Below, one piece after another: positions 18,241-27,508 of a DNA stretch of 42,824 nucleotides. Position 1 is the first letter of the stretch; every line of letters begins with the position of its first letter. This stretch comes from a virus, in UHGV virus genome UHGV-0137073. One strand, given 5' to 3'. The notes beneath the pieces are model-generated. The model did no database searches and was not told the DNA's origin. It worked only from the letters and a program-made list of their open reading frames with translations. Both the position numbers and the translations under genes were made by a program.

Positions 18241-19062
18241 TTATCCTCTCAGTTCCTGTTGTGCCAGTGGCTGAAGCGTACCCTGATAGCGGGCCAGGTC
18301 GGGACGGTATGCTGCCCCCGGTGCATAAGACCAGCCGACGTCGGTGGTCACCTTCGTGGTGCCGGTATTAAAGGTGGCCACGTTCCGCATTTCGCCGGTT
18401 TTCTCTGAGACCAGTTTCAGTTCCTGGCCCATGGCAGAGCCGGAGCTGATAACCTTCAGGCCACGGGCACGGACATCCGCCGCACTCAGGGCAATCACAC
18501 TACAGCGGCAGCGCCAGCCGTTCGGCGGGTAAAATGCCTGCCAGAACGGGTCATCCCAGCGCAGCACCAGACCATGCAGCGCCAGATGGCTCCTGCGGGT
18601 ATGGCTGTCGTTGATGCCGGTATACATCCAGTACGGCCTGTCGTCGACGTTTTCCATCTGCTCCGCCCAACGACCGGCGCTGTAGAGTACGGACATATTG
18701 GTGCGAAAGATGGTGTCGAGCCGCCACGGGCTGCCCTGCTGAATGGTGACCGGCTCACCCGTTACCGGGTCAGTCGTGTCACGTGGTCCCCACCATCCCT
18801 TACGCTTCAGCACCGGCTCCAGCTCCTGCCGGAACCAGCGATCGGTTTTTCCTTCATCGACAGCCTGCTGCAGTGCCCCGCGAATATCTTCCAGAATATC
18901 CAGGCGGGTCACTTTAGCGACGGTAAAGGCGCGGGCATGGGCTTCCTGCCACATTTCTTCCCAGTCCCAGGTAATCTGATACCCTTTGGACTTCAGGTAA
19001 CTGACTGCCCGCTTCGGGGGAAGCGTCATGCAGTACGCCAGTTCAGCCGTTGTCACGCTCAT
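18241..19062 (-). CDS. Head morphogenesis protein, Mu F-like
   Basis: Family resemblance by recall; start set at the ATG with GGGGG Shine-Dalgarno (longer ORF to 19089 possible). Confidence 0.75.
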   Translation of the reverse strand: MSVTTAELAYCMTLPPKRAVSYLKSKGYQITWDWEEMWQEAHARAFTVAKVTRLDILEDIRGALQQAVDEGKTDRWFRQELEPVLKRKGWWGPRDTTDPVTGEPVTIQQGSPWRLDTIFRTNMSVLYSAGRWAEQMENVDDRPYWMYTGINDSHTRRSHLALHGLVLRWDDPFWQAFYPPNGWRCRCSVIALSAADVRARGLKVISSGSAMGQELKLVSEKTGEMRNVATFNTGTTKVTTDVGWSYAPGAAYRPDLARYQGTLQPLAQQELRG

Positions 19063-20539
19063 GCAGACGCCCCCAGATATTTGCCACAAAGAGAATGCGG
19101 GCCAGCCGTTCCTGCAGATCGTCCGTGTTCATCTGAGGGTAGAGCTCCGCCAGTTCGCCCAGCAGCTCAGACGGGTTAACCCCGTTTTCGACCCGCTTAA
19201 ACAGAGGTGCCAGGACGGGTTCCAGCGTGCCATTTAACACACCTCCGTTCATCAGAATGTCCAGCGCGTCGTCAAGCTGCTGCTGAGCCTGAATATCGGC
19301 ATCAATCGCCTCGGCAAATGACAGCGGCAGCATGTTATTCTGGCGTTCCGACGGTGGTGTCTCGTCAATATCGCCGTCCTGCAGCTGGTACTCACGCTTA
19401 AAGTATTGCGGGGTCAGACGCAGACCCGCCCGGGTGAGTTTTTCGTCGCGGGTGGCGCGGGTGTCATCAATGGTCTCCTGTTCCCACATGGCCCAGACCG
19501 GACACGGCACATCGCCGAAGTTCAGGGTGACCACCGTTCTGATAACCTGATTCACTGCTGCCTGAATGATGTCCGCATCCGCATCGCGGATATCAGCCGT
19601 TACCTCCAGCCCGGCCTGTGCAGAGGCCTTGTTACTGTTCGCTTCCGTGGTCTGATTCTGACCAAGTAATGCAATGGAGATCTCACTGCGTGACAGTGTG
19701 ATCAGCTCGCGGAATACCTCGCTGCTGTCCGCCTTACCATCCGCGGCTTTGAGTTCGATGCTGCTGTCATCGGGGATGGCGGCCACCGCGTCCTCCACCA
19801 TCTGCTCCATGGAGTCCAGCAGTTTTTCAATCTCTGCATCATTTGCACCCCTCGGGTGCTTACCGATCACCCACGGGGAGCCAAACTTTTCGGCAAAGCG
19901 GAGCCAGAATTTCATCCCGCCTTTCTTGAAGGCGACCGGCCAGAAGCACATGGACAGGTCCGGGAAACCGTAAGGATTGTCATACGAGGCATCCTGTGCC
20001 GGCACCACGAATTTTGACGGTGACAGCAGCTCACCCTCCACACCCGCATCACGCGCCCGGAAGCGCAGGCAGTTGTCCGTATCAAACTGAAACCACTCAG
20101 GCGGTTTGCCGACAATATCCGTCACTGCCCACGCCCTGACCGAACGGCCCCACATGATTTCACAGGGCTGATACCCGTAGAGCACGGCATCACTCATCTC
20201 ACCGATGATGCGGGACAGATCCAGATCGTCGAGCATGTCGCGGATGAAACGGAAGACCCGGGCAGAAGCGTGACCGCGCTCCAGTCCACGCTCCAGTGAT
20301 TTGAGCGCTGCTTTACGTCTGCGGATACAGCCCCCGACCAGCGGGTCGGTGCGCAGTTCGCGGTAGATACGGATATCCCGTCCCTGAGCCTTGAGAATGG
20401 GATCAGGATTGGGCAGATACATGCCCAGTCCGTAAAAGTCGATCGCGCGGCTGCGGGAGGCAATCTGCGCGGTCAGTGATTTCTGAGGCTCAGAAAAAGC
20501 AACAAATTCATCGGGTGAAACCCAGATACCCCTCGCCAT
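19043..20539 (-). CDS. Portal protein (Mu gp29 / DUF935-like)
   Basis: 498 aa directly downstream of the terminase large subunit with overlapping stop/start. Confidence 0.8.
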   Translation of the reverse strand: MARGIWVSPDEFVAFSEPQKSLTAQIASRSRAIDFYGLGMYLPNPDPILKAQGRDIRIYRELRTDPLVGGCIRRRKAALKSLERGLERGHASARVFRFIRDMLDDLDLSRIIGEMSDAVLYGYQPCEIMWGRSVRAWAVTDIVGKPPEWFQFDTDNCLRFRARDAGVEGELLSPSKFVVPAQDASYDNPYGFPDLSMCFWPVAFKKGGMKFWLRFAEKFGSPWVIGKHPRGANDAEIEKLLDSMEQMVEDAVAAIPDDSSIELKAADGKADSSEVFRELITLSRSEISIALLGQNQTTEANSNKASAQAGLEVTADIRDADADIIQAAVNQVIRTVVTLNFGDVPCPVWAMWEQETIDDTRATRDEKLTRAGLRLTPQYFKREYQLQDGDIDETPPSERQNNMLPLSFAEAIDADIQAQQQLDDALDILMNGGVLNGTLEPVLAPLFKRVENGVNPSELLGELAELYPQMNTDDLQERLARILFVANIWGRLHERDNG

Positions 20540-22062
20540 CAGAATCCCTCCAGCATACGGGCCGCCTGACGACGACGGCGTGAGCTTGCCTTCACCGGCC
20601 CTTTGTTAATTTCACGGCTGGCGAAATACGCCAGCGCCAGTGCGATGGCTGAATCCCCGTGACGTTTACCACCATCAGCCTTTGCTTTTGAGCGTTGCTC
20701 CGGCACGCGGGGGACACCGTTCACCACCTGAACGGCCCGCAGGTCATCCAGTGTGTCTTCATCCTTTGGTAAGTCCACCAGGTTACCGTCTTCCAGTGCA
20801 GCTTTGACCGGAGGCATATGCTCCCGGTACCAGCCTTCGGTTGGCATCACCTGCTGAACCCGGCCGGAGCCGTAGCGCTGCATGGCGTATTCAGCCAGAT
20901 AGGCACCATTACCACGGGCATCAAACGCTGCACCCAGCAGACCGGGCAGGCCATCCATCAGATACCAGGTGATTTGCTCCTGCTGCCTGAACGGCACGTT
21001 ACGCAACTCCAGTACGAATGGCACGCGTCGTATCAGGTTCTTCTCCTGCAACAACGGGTAGTCCACCGACAAATCCCCGCTACGGCCAAAGTCACGCCCC
21101 AGAAAAGAGCGGGCACCAGCGGGGAGCGCCTCCAGTAATGGTTTCAGATGCTCATCAAGCCAGTCCTGCGTCTCGCGGAAGCGAACCTCATCAGACAGCA
21201 GTTCATAACCTTCCTTGCAGGTCAGACGCAATACCGGCGTATCAGCGGACATGCGGGACTCTATCAGGGCTCGGGACAGCCAGGCACCGCCACCGTTGGC
21301 CGGAATACAGTCAAGCTCTTCGGATGCACCGGCACCGTAGAATTTGTACACCGACGCCATCCAGGCCTGCTCGGATGCCTCCGACCATTCCTTCCCGGTG
21401 CGCAGACAAACGCGCCGGAACAGCCCCTCAGATACGGCTTCCCGGAAAGTGATGCGATGTACGCTGCCTCCCTGACGTCCGGCACGGATATCCCCGATAA
21501 GCGTATTGAACGGATTGTCGTCACCGTCATGGGTGGAGATAACGCGTACCTTTCCCCCCCAGATAAGCATCGCCAGCGCCGCTTTCAGCAGTTCGTCCAG
21601 TTGCTCATGGAACGCCGCTTCGTCGATAACAATAATACCCTGACGGCCACGCAGGTTAGACGGGCGGCTGGAGAGCGCAACAATACGAAAGCCGGAGTCA
21701 GGAAATTTGATGGTGTAAGTCCTGATGTGTTTGTCGTCGTCGTCCTCTTCCCAGAATCCTTCTTCAATTTCACTGGCCGCATAGTTGAATGCCCGTGCCC
21801 ACATCGCACACGCCTGAATGTATTCGACGGTCATGTCCTGGTTATAAGCGATGTAATACACATTCATCCCGCCTGCTGGCGCAGAAGAGGCGGCGGTCAG
21901 TACGTTATCGGATGCCTCAGCCCATGTAATACCGGTACGACGGCTCTTTTCTATCACCTTAAGCGGAGAGGCATCTGCCACCCAGCGCTGCTGGTAGGGC
22001 AACAGAACGGGAGGGGCCTTATAACTCGCGGTGTCAGGAATGTGCGGCGGCAGCTCCGTCAT
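20539..22062 (-). CDS. Terminase large subunit
   Basis: 507 aa; ATPase region (...GIIVIDEAAF...) and C-terminal nuclease-like region. Confidence 0.85.
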   Translation of the reverse strand: MTELPPHIPDTASYKAPPVLLPYQQRWVADASPLKVIEKSRRTGITWAEASDNVLTAASSAPAGGMNVYYIAYNQDMTVEYIQACAMWARAFNYAASEIEEGFWEEDDDDKHIRTYTIKFPDSGFRIVALSSRPSNLRGRQGIIVIDEAAFHEQLDELLKAALAMLIWGGKVRVISTHDGDDNPFNTLIGDIRAGRQGGSVHRITFREAVSEGLFRRVCLRTGKEWSEASEQAWMASVYKFYGAGASEELDCIPANGGGAWLSRALIESRMSADTPVLRLTCKEGYELLSDEVRFRETQDWLDEHLKPLLEALPAGARSFLGRDFGRSGDLSVDYPLLQEKNLIRRVPFVLELRNVPFRQQEQITWYLMDGLPGLLGAAFDARGNGAYLAEYAMQRYGSGRVQQVMPTEGWYREHMPPVKAALEDGNLVDLPKDEDTLDDLRAVQVVNGVPRVPEQRSKAKADGGKRHGDSAIALALAYFASREINKGPVKASSRRRRQAARMLEGF

Positions 22063-22607
22063 GATACCACCCCCAGAATTTCCCGGCGCAGTGCCTGTAC
22101 GGCTTCCGCAGAGAGCCCGCCCTTACGGGCAATTTTCTCGGCGGCAGCGGCAGCACGTTCAACCCTCTCTCTGACTTCTGCCTGATAGCGCTTGAGGTTG
22201 ACCGAGGCGCGGGTCAGTGTGGCGATATTTTTTGAAGCCGTTGCCAGCAGTTTTGCCCGGGCGAAGGGATCGTCGTTTTCCCGCGACTCCTGCAGGCGCA
22301 TCAGGATATCCGTCATTTCGGTCTGGACGAGGGTTATCAGCCCGGCTGAACGGTCATCAGGATCGTCTCCGGCCTCCCGGGCAAGCAGACGCGCTGCCTC
22401 GGTTGCCGCCCGCACCCGGGCCAGTTGCTGCTCCATTTTGTAGCCAAACCGCTGCAGGGAAGAGCGGGTGATGCTGTACCCCTTTTCCTTCAACAGACTT
22501 TCAAGCTCTGCATAGCCGGTGAAATTATTCTCCGTCAGTGCCCGCTCAAGCCAGCGACGGACCTCCTTCGGCAGAGAATCAATGCTGCTGCGACGTCCCA
22601 TAATCAC
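22059..22607 (-). CDS. Terminase small subunit-like protein (Mu gp27-like)
   Basis: 182 aa directly upstream of and overlapping the terminase large subunit start. Confidence 0.6.
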   Translation of the reverse strand: MIMGRRSSIDSLPKEVRRWLERALTENNFTGYAELESLLKEKGYSITRSSLQRFGYKMEQQLARVRAATEAARLLAREAGDDPDDRSAGLITLVQTEMTDILMRLQESRENDDPFARAKLLATASKNIATLTRASVNLKRYQAEVRERVERAAAAAEKIARKGGLSAEAVQALRREILGVVS

Positions 22608-22915
22608 TCACTCCAGTATTTTTCCGGGCGGGCAATACCGGGGCCGCATTCCACGGTGTATTCCACAATATCCACACCAAGGCGACTCAGATCGGCAAAC
22701 CAGTCACCGGAAGGCCTCTTCTCCAGTTCCACCATCTTGCGATCTGCCAGGTAATCAAGCTCACGGCGCAGCTCCAGTTGCGTGGTGTCCGGGTAGATGG
22801 CGCGGGACACTTCCAGCAGCAGCGTCTCGCTGGCGGTATAAGGGCGGGTTTTGTTCAGGGCAACCAGCAGACTCCAGCGCAGGGATTCGCGGCGTACCCG
22901 GGTAATATCGACCAT
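22604..22915 (-). CDS. Hypothetical phage protein
   Basis: 103 aa in the late operon between the lysis genes and terminase; start overlaps upstream stop. Confidence 0.45.
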   Translation of the reverse strand: MVDITRVRRESLRWSLLVALNKTRPYTASETLLLEVSRAIYPDTTQLELRRELDYLADRKMVELEKRPSGDWFADLSRLGVDIVEYTVECGPGIARPEKYWSE

Positions 22916-23241
22916 TATTGACCTCCGGTATTGCGGTACTGCTGTACCACTTCCAGTTTGTTGTAGAGCGCGTCCAGTTTGGCCTCGATGACTGTCTGGC
23001 CACGGATATAATCCTCGCGACGGACATAATTCAGCGGTAAATCCGCTTTAAATCGCATAAATTCTTTTTCCAGTTCGCCCCAGTTGGAGGCGGACTGTTG
23101 CAGGGCCTGCTCAAGGGAGGCGAATCGTGCCGCCTGGCGTTCTTCTGTTTTACTGAACAACCATTTGGCGAGCCCTCCCACAAACCCCATGAAGGTGAGC
23201 AAAAAACTCACCACCGTCCAGAATTCAACCTGCAGTGTCAT
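22915..23241 (-). CDS. Small membrane protein with N-terminal transmembrane helix
   Basis: 108 aa; hydrophobic N-terminus WTVVSFLLTFMGFVGGLAKWLF followed by a coiled-coil-like region. Confidence 0.45.
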   Translation of the reverse strand: MTLQVEFWTVVSFLLTFMGFVGGLAKWLFSKTEERQAARFASLEQALQQSASNWGELEKEFMRFKADLPLNYVRREDYIRGQTVIEAKLDALYNKLEVVQQYRNTGGQ

Positions 23242-23849
23242 TTCTGTAATCCTTCCCGTTCATCCAGTAGCGCGTTTATCTGGTTTCGCCAGCGACGACA
23301 TTGCCCTGCGTTGTCGATGATGTTGGCAAGGACGTCAAGCTGGGAGACACCCGAATTGCGTAACCGGGCGTCAGCGGTTTCAGGTTGCCCGGTCGCTGCG
23401 CCAGTGCCGGTGCCAGCGGCGGCAACTGAGTCTGAATGACCGGTGTCGACGGATGCGTTGTCGTATCCGAGTGCGGCGTTGTACTGGCGCACGAAACCGC
23501 GAGTAAACACGCACTCAATGGGATGGCTCTTACCTTTTTCATCAATCCAGCGCTGTGTGACATCGTTAATTTGCCCCTGTAGTTGTTTGTTCTGGTCCTC
23601 CAGTTGAGCAATCTGCTCAAGATAACCAGCTTCAGCCCGTTGCCCGGCGGCTACCTGCTCCTGATAACGCTCAGACCATGCGCGCAACGCCGCCACCTCA
23701 CGCCGGGCCTGTTCTGCCCGGTATCCGTCAAAATCCGCCTGCAGGCGGCTGAGCGCCGCCTGACCGTCAGCGGAGGCCCGGTCGTGGCCTGTGCTGTATC
23801 CCAGCCACCAGATCGCCAGCAGGAAGGTGTTCAGGAGAATGGCCAGCAT
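23238..23849 (-). CDS. i-spanin (Rz-like)
   Basis: N-terminal TM helix MLAILLNTFLLAIWWLGY then a long Gln/Ala/Glu-rich coiled-coil periplasmic domain; follows the endolysin. Confidence 0.6.
   Translation of the reverse strand: MLAILLNTFLLAIWWLGYSTGHDRASADGQAALSRLQADFDGYRAEQARREVAALRAWSERYQEQVAAGQRAEAGYLEQIAQLEDQNKQLQGQINDVTQRWIDEKGKSHPIECVFTRGFVRQYNAALGYDNASVDTGHSDSVAAAGTGTGAATGQPETADARLRNSGVSQLDVLANIIDNAGQCRRWRNQINALLDEREGLQK
23276..23542 (-). CDS. o-spanin (Rz1-like lipoprotein) embedded in the i-spanin gene in another frame
   Basis: MKKVRAIPLSACLL... signal peptide with lipobox LSAC, Pro/Thr-rich mature part, fully embedded in the Rz-like gene. Confidence 0.55.
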   Translation of the reverse strand: MKKVRAIPLSACLLAVSCASTTPHSDTTTHPSTPVIQTQLPPLAPALAQRPGNLKPLTPGYAIRVSPSLTSLPTSSTTQGNVVAGETR

Positions 23850-23877
23850 AATGACCCGCCACGGCAGCGACCGTAAC

Positions 23878-24615
23878 TTACGTACCCACACAGCTTGCCC
23901 CTCCCCATGAGAGATAACGCGGGGCCAGCGTGAACAGGATGCGCTGGGGATAATGACGGTTCTCCCGCCAGCTGGCAGTGCTGCGTCCGGCATTCACCGT
24001 GGCGACATGACCAAACCAGCGGGTGCTGTCCAGCCCTTTTTGTGATGCAAGCCGCCTGTCCCGCTGTACCCAGCCCAGACCACCGTTATAGCCCGACAGT
24101 GTCATGGCCATACGCTCGCAGTCACTGGCGGCGCTGACGCGCTGCCACAGCCAGCGGTCATAGCTGACCAGCGCCCGGATGGCCCATGCCGGATTAAATG
24201 GCTCACGGCTGTTAAGCCCCGGCATCAACTGACTTATCCAGTCGGCGGTGGCGGGCATGAACTGCGCCAGTCCCTGAGCGCCAACCGGCGAGATCGCATC
24301 AGGTCGCCAGCCGCTTTCCTGATGCAGTTGCGCAGCGAAATCAGCCACCGGCGCAGACAGTCCCCATTCAAGCCGGGCATTACGGATCACATCATCGCGA
24401 TACTGCAGCGCTGCCTGCGGAGGCTGCGCTGCGCGGGCCTGACTGAAGAAGCCGCCACACCAGAGCAACATTGCGACAAAGAATACCCGTGCCATATGAA
24501 CCAGAAAGGTCCCGGCGCGGACTGACAGGCGTTCGGTTCTGATGAAGACCCTAAAGGCTTCGAAAGCCAGTTTCAGGGACATGCATACAATCCAGGTGAT
24601 CTGCGGCCAGTTCAT
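23878..24615 (-). CDS. Endolysin, lytic transglycosylase (SLT domain), with N-terminal signal or SAR-like sequence
   Basis: Catalytic region ...LHQESGW...AQGLAQFMP...; hydrophobic MARVFFVAMLLWCGGFFSQARA near the N-terminus; alternative start ATG at 24495. Confidence 0.75.
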   Translation of the reverse strand: MNWPQITWIVCMSLKLAFEAFRVFIRTERLSVRAGTFLVHMARVFFVAMLLWCGGFFSQARAAQPPQAALQYRDDVIRNARLEWGLSAPVADFAAQLHQESGWRPDAISPVGAQGLAQFMPATADWISQLMPGLNSREPFNPAWAIRALVSYDRWLWQRVSAASDCERMAMTLSGYNGGLGWVQRDRRLASQKGLDSTRWFGHVATVNAGRSTASWRENRHYPQRILFTLAPRYLSWGGASCVGT

Positions 24616-24617
24616 GA

Positions 24618-24968
24618 TTAAAGCCCCATCGCAACAGCCAGACAGACCGCTGCAACAATCAGTGCACGGCGGATTAACGCAGCAGAAAACACCAGGTGAA
24701 GGCCGGTCTGTACCGGGAAACGCCCATCAGCCATCAGCCTGTCGTCATGTTTCAGGTACTGACCGGGACGGGCTTTGGGGAAGAGCGAACGGTCAAGCCA
24801 GTAACCCAGCACTGCTGCCAGCGTGATGAGTGCCAGCTTGTAGATCACAACAGGCAACTGCTGTGGCGAGACCAGAGCGATGGTGCCCAGCAACAGCACT
24901 GAGGTCAGCAGCCAGCCGCTGAGGCGAGGTTTTTTAACAGGGGGAATGAATTTTTTCAGGTTTTTCAT
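24618..24968 (-). CDS. Putative holin (three predicted transmembrane segments)
   Basis: 116 aa from the ATG with strong SD (AAGGAG-N7-ATG); three hydrophobic helices; stop overlaps the endolysin start. Confidence 0.5.
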   Translation of the reverse strand: MKNLKKFIPPVKKPRLSGWLLTSVLLLGTIALVSPQQLPVVIYKLALITLAAVLGYWLDRSLFPKARPGQYLKHDDRLMADGRFPVQTGLHLVFSAALIRRALIVAAVCLAVAMGL

Positions 24969-24972
24969 GTGT

Positions 24973-24994
24973 GTCTCCTTGTCTGGTGGAGACA
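24973..24994 (-). promoter_or_regulatory. Stem-loop that can sequester the holin Shine-Dalgarno
   Basis: Inverted repeat tgtctcc (24973-24979) / ggagaca (24988-24994); the AAGGAG of the holin start lies in one arm. Confidence 0.35.
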
Positions 24995-25098
24995 GCATCA
25001 CAAATACAGGGCGCGAAGGATTTTAAAGCGCGTTAAGAGAGCCGGGGATACGGGATGTGCAGGATAAACGATGAATTATTCACAGAGGAGAATACGAT

Positions 25099-25842
25099 AT
25101 GACGCAGACACTGAATCCGGTCATCACTGTCACCGTGTCCGGTCCTGTGGGCAGCGGTAAAAGTTACATATTGGCGCGGATAGAGGAAGTGGTGAAACAG
25201 GAATTCGGGGGCAGCGTCATTGTCGATGCTGCAGACGTAGATGATGAGCGGCGTATGAGTGGCGATGATCTGACGACCTGGCAGAAGCCACGGGGTGGCA
25301 CAGTGATCAGGCTGGAGGAATACACGGGACAGGGCCTGTTGTCATACGGCGAGGAGCGTATCTGTCGGACGAATGAGCTGCTGGATGTTATATGCCCCAC
25401 GGGCCGGCAACCCTGGATACTGCCCGATGCACTGCATGCCACCATTGCGGCACTGATGACAGTTTACGATCAGGAGCTGCTCATGAAGGAGCTACGTAAA
25501 CTCACCGGTCAGCCAACAGAATGTTTTTCTGCCCCGAAGTACGGGAAACAGGAACACATCCCGGTGAACACGCTCCCCGTTAACCAGCCTCCCCGGTTCT
25601 TCGACGAATACATTCTGACACCGGAAAATAAAGCTGAGCACGAAGAGATCAAAGCGGCGTTGTTCCGGGAAATCAGGAAGATTGCTGAAATGCAACTGGG
25701 GGGCGGGCTGGACAGAGTGATGGCGAGAGGAGAATGGGAGTCGCTGTTTGAAAGAGTTTCCCCGGAATTACTTCCCCTCGCACTGGCTATCGGGATTATG
25801 CAGACAGCGGATAAACCTCACTTACGTTCATTAAACACGTAA
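25099..25842 (+). CDS. Hypothetical P-loop NTPase-like protein (accessory gene)
   Basis: Walker A-like GPVGSGKS near the N-terminus; GAGGAG Shine-Dalgarno; divergent from the late operon; no family recognised. Confidence 0.5.
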   Translation: MTQTLNPVITVTVSGPVGSGKSYILARIEEVVKQEFGGSVIVDAADVDDERRMSGDDLTTWQKPRGGTVIRLEEYTGQGLLSYGEERICRTNELLDVICPTGRQPWILPDALHATIAALMTVYDQELLMKELRKLTGQPTECFSAPKYGKQEHIPVNTLPVNQPPRFFDEYILTPENKAEHEEIKAALFREIRKIAEMQLGGGLDRVMARGEWESLFERVSPELLPLALAIGIMQTADKPHLRSLNT

Positions 25843-26222
25843 CGCATAATCCGGGATACGCATTCAGCGATGACTGCATTTTCACCGGTTTTTACTGCAT
25901 CCAGAAGTGACTCTTTAAATGGTGCGGGCCGGGGCTGCAGAAGGGTCGGCGTGGCATTGAGCAGACGGAGCGTTTTTTCCGTGAGGACGACATCAGCCGC
26001 TCCCACAGCCAGCAACTGAGAGTAACGAATATAGCTGTTATCCCGAAGCCATATCAGCGTATCAATAAAATACCGGCACTTTTTCTGGTCGTGATCAACC
26101 TGGTCCGGGATATCGAAAAAACCAGAATAAATCAAAACCTGAGGTGCCGGATGCGTGTTCAGTAATCGGCAGAATATTTTGCCGGTGAGTGCATAAAAAT
26201 CATCATTTAAGGAGTGCATCAT
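25818..26222 (-). CDS. Hypothetical protein (accessory gene, convergent with the P-loop gene)
   Basis: 134-aa ORF exactly fills the gap between two + strand genes; start codon overlaps the divergent start of the next gene. Confidence 0.4.
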   Translation of the reverse strand: MMHSLNDDFYALTGKIFCRLLNTHPAPQVLIYSGFFDIPDQVDHDQKKCRYFIDTLIWLRDNSYIRYSQLLAVGAADVVLTEKTLRLLNATPTLLQPRPAPFKESLLDAVKTGENAVIAECVSRIMRYVFNERK

Positions 26223-26436
26223 GAATCCCCGATTAACGTTAACAGAACATCAGCGCCGTGCTGAAGCAGTGAACAATGTTCTGGAAGATATTATCCGGTT
26301 ACATCGCGGAGAACTGAGTGTCTGTCGTGCCGCTTTTCATTTTCAGGGAATACAAAAGCAGTTTGATACTTCTGTTTTTGCAGAAGGTATTACTTATGCC
26401 CTGGACCGGATAAGGTCAGAAAATCGCCCCGGATAA
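26221..26436 (+). CDS. Hypothetical small protein (accessory gene)
   Basis: 71 aa with strong TAAGGAG Shine-Dalgarno. Confidence 0.45.
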   Translation: MNPRLTLTEHQRRAEAVNNVLEDIIRLHRGELSVCRAAFHFQGIQKQFDTSVFAEGITYALDRIRSENRPG

Positions 26437-26627
26437 TCCCTAAACCACATTAACAGAAATCCCACTATCCCTGCCGCATCATGAAAGAACGACCAGCCCG
26501 GTGCTTCGGACCCACCGGGCTGGCCATCGTCCCACAGAAGTGGCTGTGAGCCGACCGAGGTTCAGTCAGTCTCGCGAGACCAGACTAGCCTGCCATATTT
26601 TTAATAATTGTAAAAGGCTTACAGATT

Positions 26628-27392
26628 ATGAAAATGAAGACATTACCCATCGTTCCATGGATTGGTGGCAAACGTCGCCTGGCAAAACACATCCTGCCGC
26701 TGTTTCCGGCGCATGAATGTTATGTGGAGCCGTTTTGTGGGGCAGCAGCGCTCTATTTTCTTAAGACACCCGGCAAGATCGAAGTCATCAATGATATCAA
26801 CGGTGAACTGGTGAATCTGTACCGGGTGGTAAAGCATCACCTGGAAGAATTTGTCCGCCAGTTCAAATGGGCGCTGGTCAGCCGTCAGATCTACAAATGG
26901 CTGCAGATCACCCCGGAAGAAACACTGACGGATATCCAGCGTGCGGCACGGTTCTACTACCTTCAGAAGCAGGCGTTTGGCGGCAAGGTGGCAGAGCACA
27001 GCTTCGGTACCTCCACCACATCCCCGCCACGCTTCAACCTGCTGCGTATTGAAGAAGAACTGTCAGCAGCACACCTGCGGCTTTCCAGAACAGTCATAGA
27101 ACACATGGACTGGCAACAGTGCATTGAGCGTTATGATCGTCCGCACACACTGTTCTACTGCGACCCACCGTACCTGGGTACGGAAGGCTATGGTGTGGAT
27201 TTTCCTGAAGGGAACTACTCGCGGCTGGCAGAGCTGGCCCGGTGCATCAGAGGAAAAATGATAATTTCGGTGAACGATATCCCACAGATGCGCGAGGTGT
27301 TCACTGGACTGAACATACAGACAGTGAACATCAACTACAGTCTGGCGGGGAAATCTACGCCGCGCCGTGAACTGGTAATCTGCAACTTCTGA
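26628..27392 (+). CDS. DNA adenine methyltransferase (Dam-like, D12 class)
   Basis: N-terminal AdoMet region PWIGGKRRL...FCGAAA and catalytic DPPY motif (CDPPYLGTEGYG). Confidence 0.85.
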   Translation: MKMKTLPIVPWIGGKRRLAKHILPLFPAHECYVEPFCGAAALYFLKTPGKIEVINDINGELVNLYRVVKHHLEEFVRQFKWALVSRQIYKWLQITPEETLTDIQRAARFYYLQKQAFGGKVAEHSFGTSTTSPPRFNLLRIEEELSAAHLRLSRTVIEHMDWQQCIERYDRPHTLFYCDPPYLGTEGYGVDFPEGNYSRLAELARCIRGKMIISVNDIPQMREVFTGLNIQTVNINYSLAGKSTPRRELVICNF

Positions 27393-27399
27393 AACAAAA

Positions 27400-27422
27400 C
27401 CGGAAAGCACAATGCTTTCCGG
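27400..27422 (-). terminator. Putative intrinsic terminator downstream of the repressor gene
   Basis: Perfect 9-bp stem ccggaaagc/gctttccgg with 5-nt loop, T-rich tract on the minus strand. Confidence 0.45.
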
Positions 27423-27508
27423 TAAACCAAACAACTTCCACTATGTCACTGGCGATGTTTTCTGAAAGCATCCAGATCAACCACCTGTCCTTTGTGTCCA
27501 GGTCAAAA

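Noticed and set aside
21148-22185. 345-aa ORF on the + strand
   Set aside because: Antisense to the terminase large and small subunit genes; Arg/Pro/Gly-rich composition typical of GC-rich antisense frames.
26501-26716. 71-aa + strand ORF overlapping the start of the Dam gene
   Set aside because: Overlaps the GC-rich stem-loop and the Dam start in another frame; no Shine-Dalgarno; Dam has a clear start at 26628.
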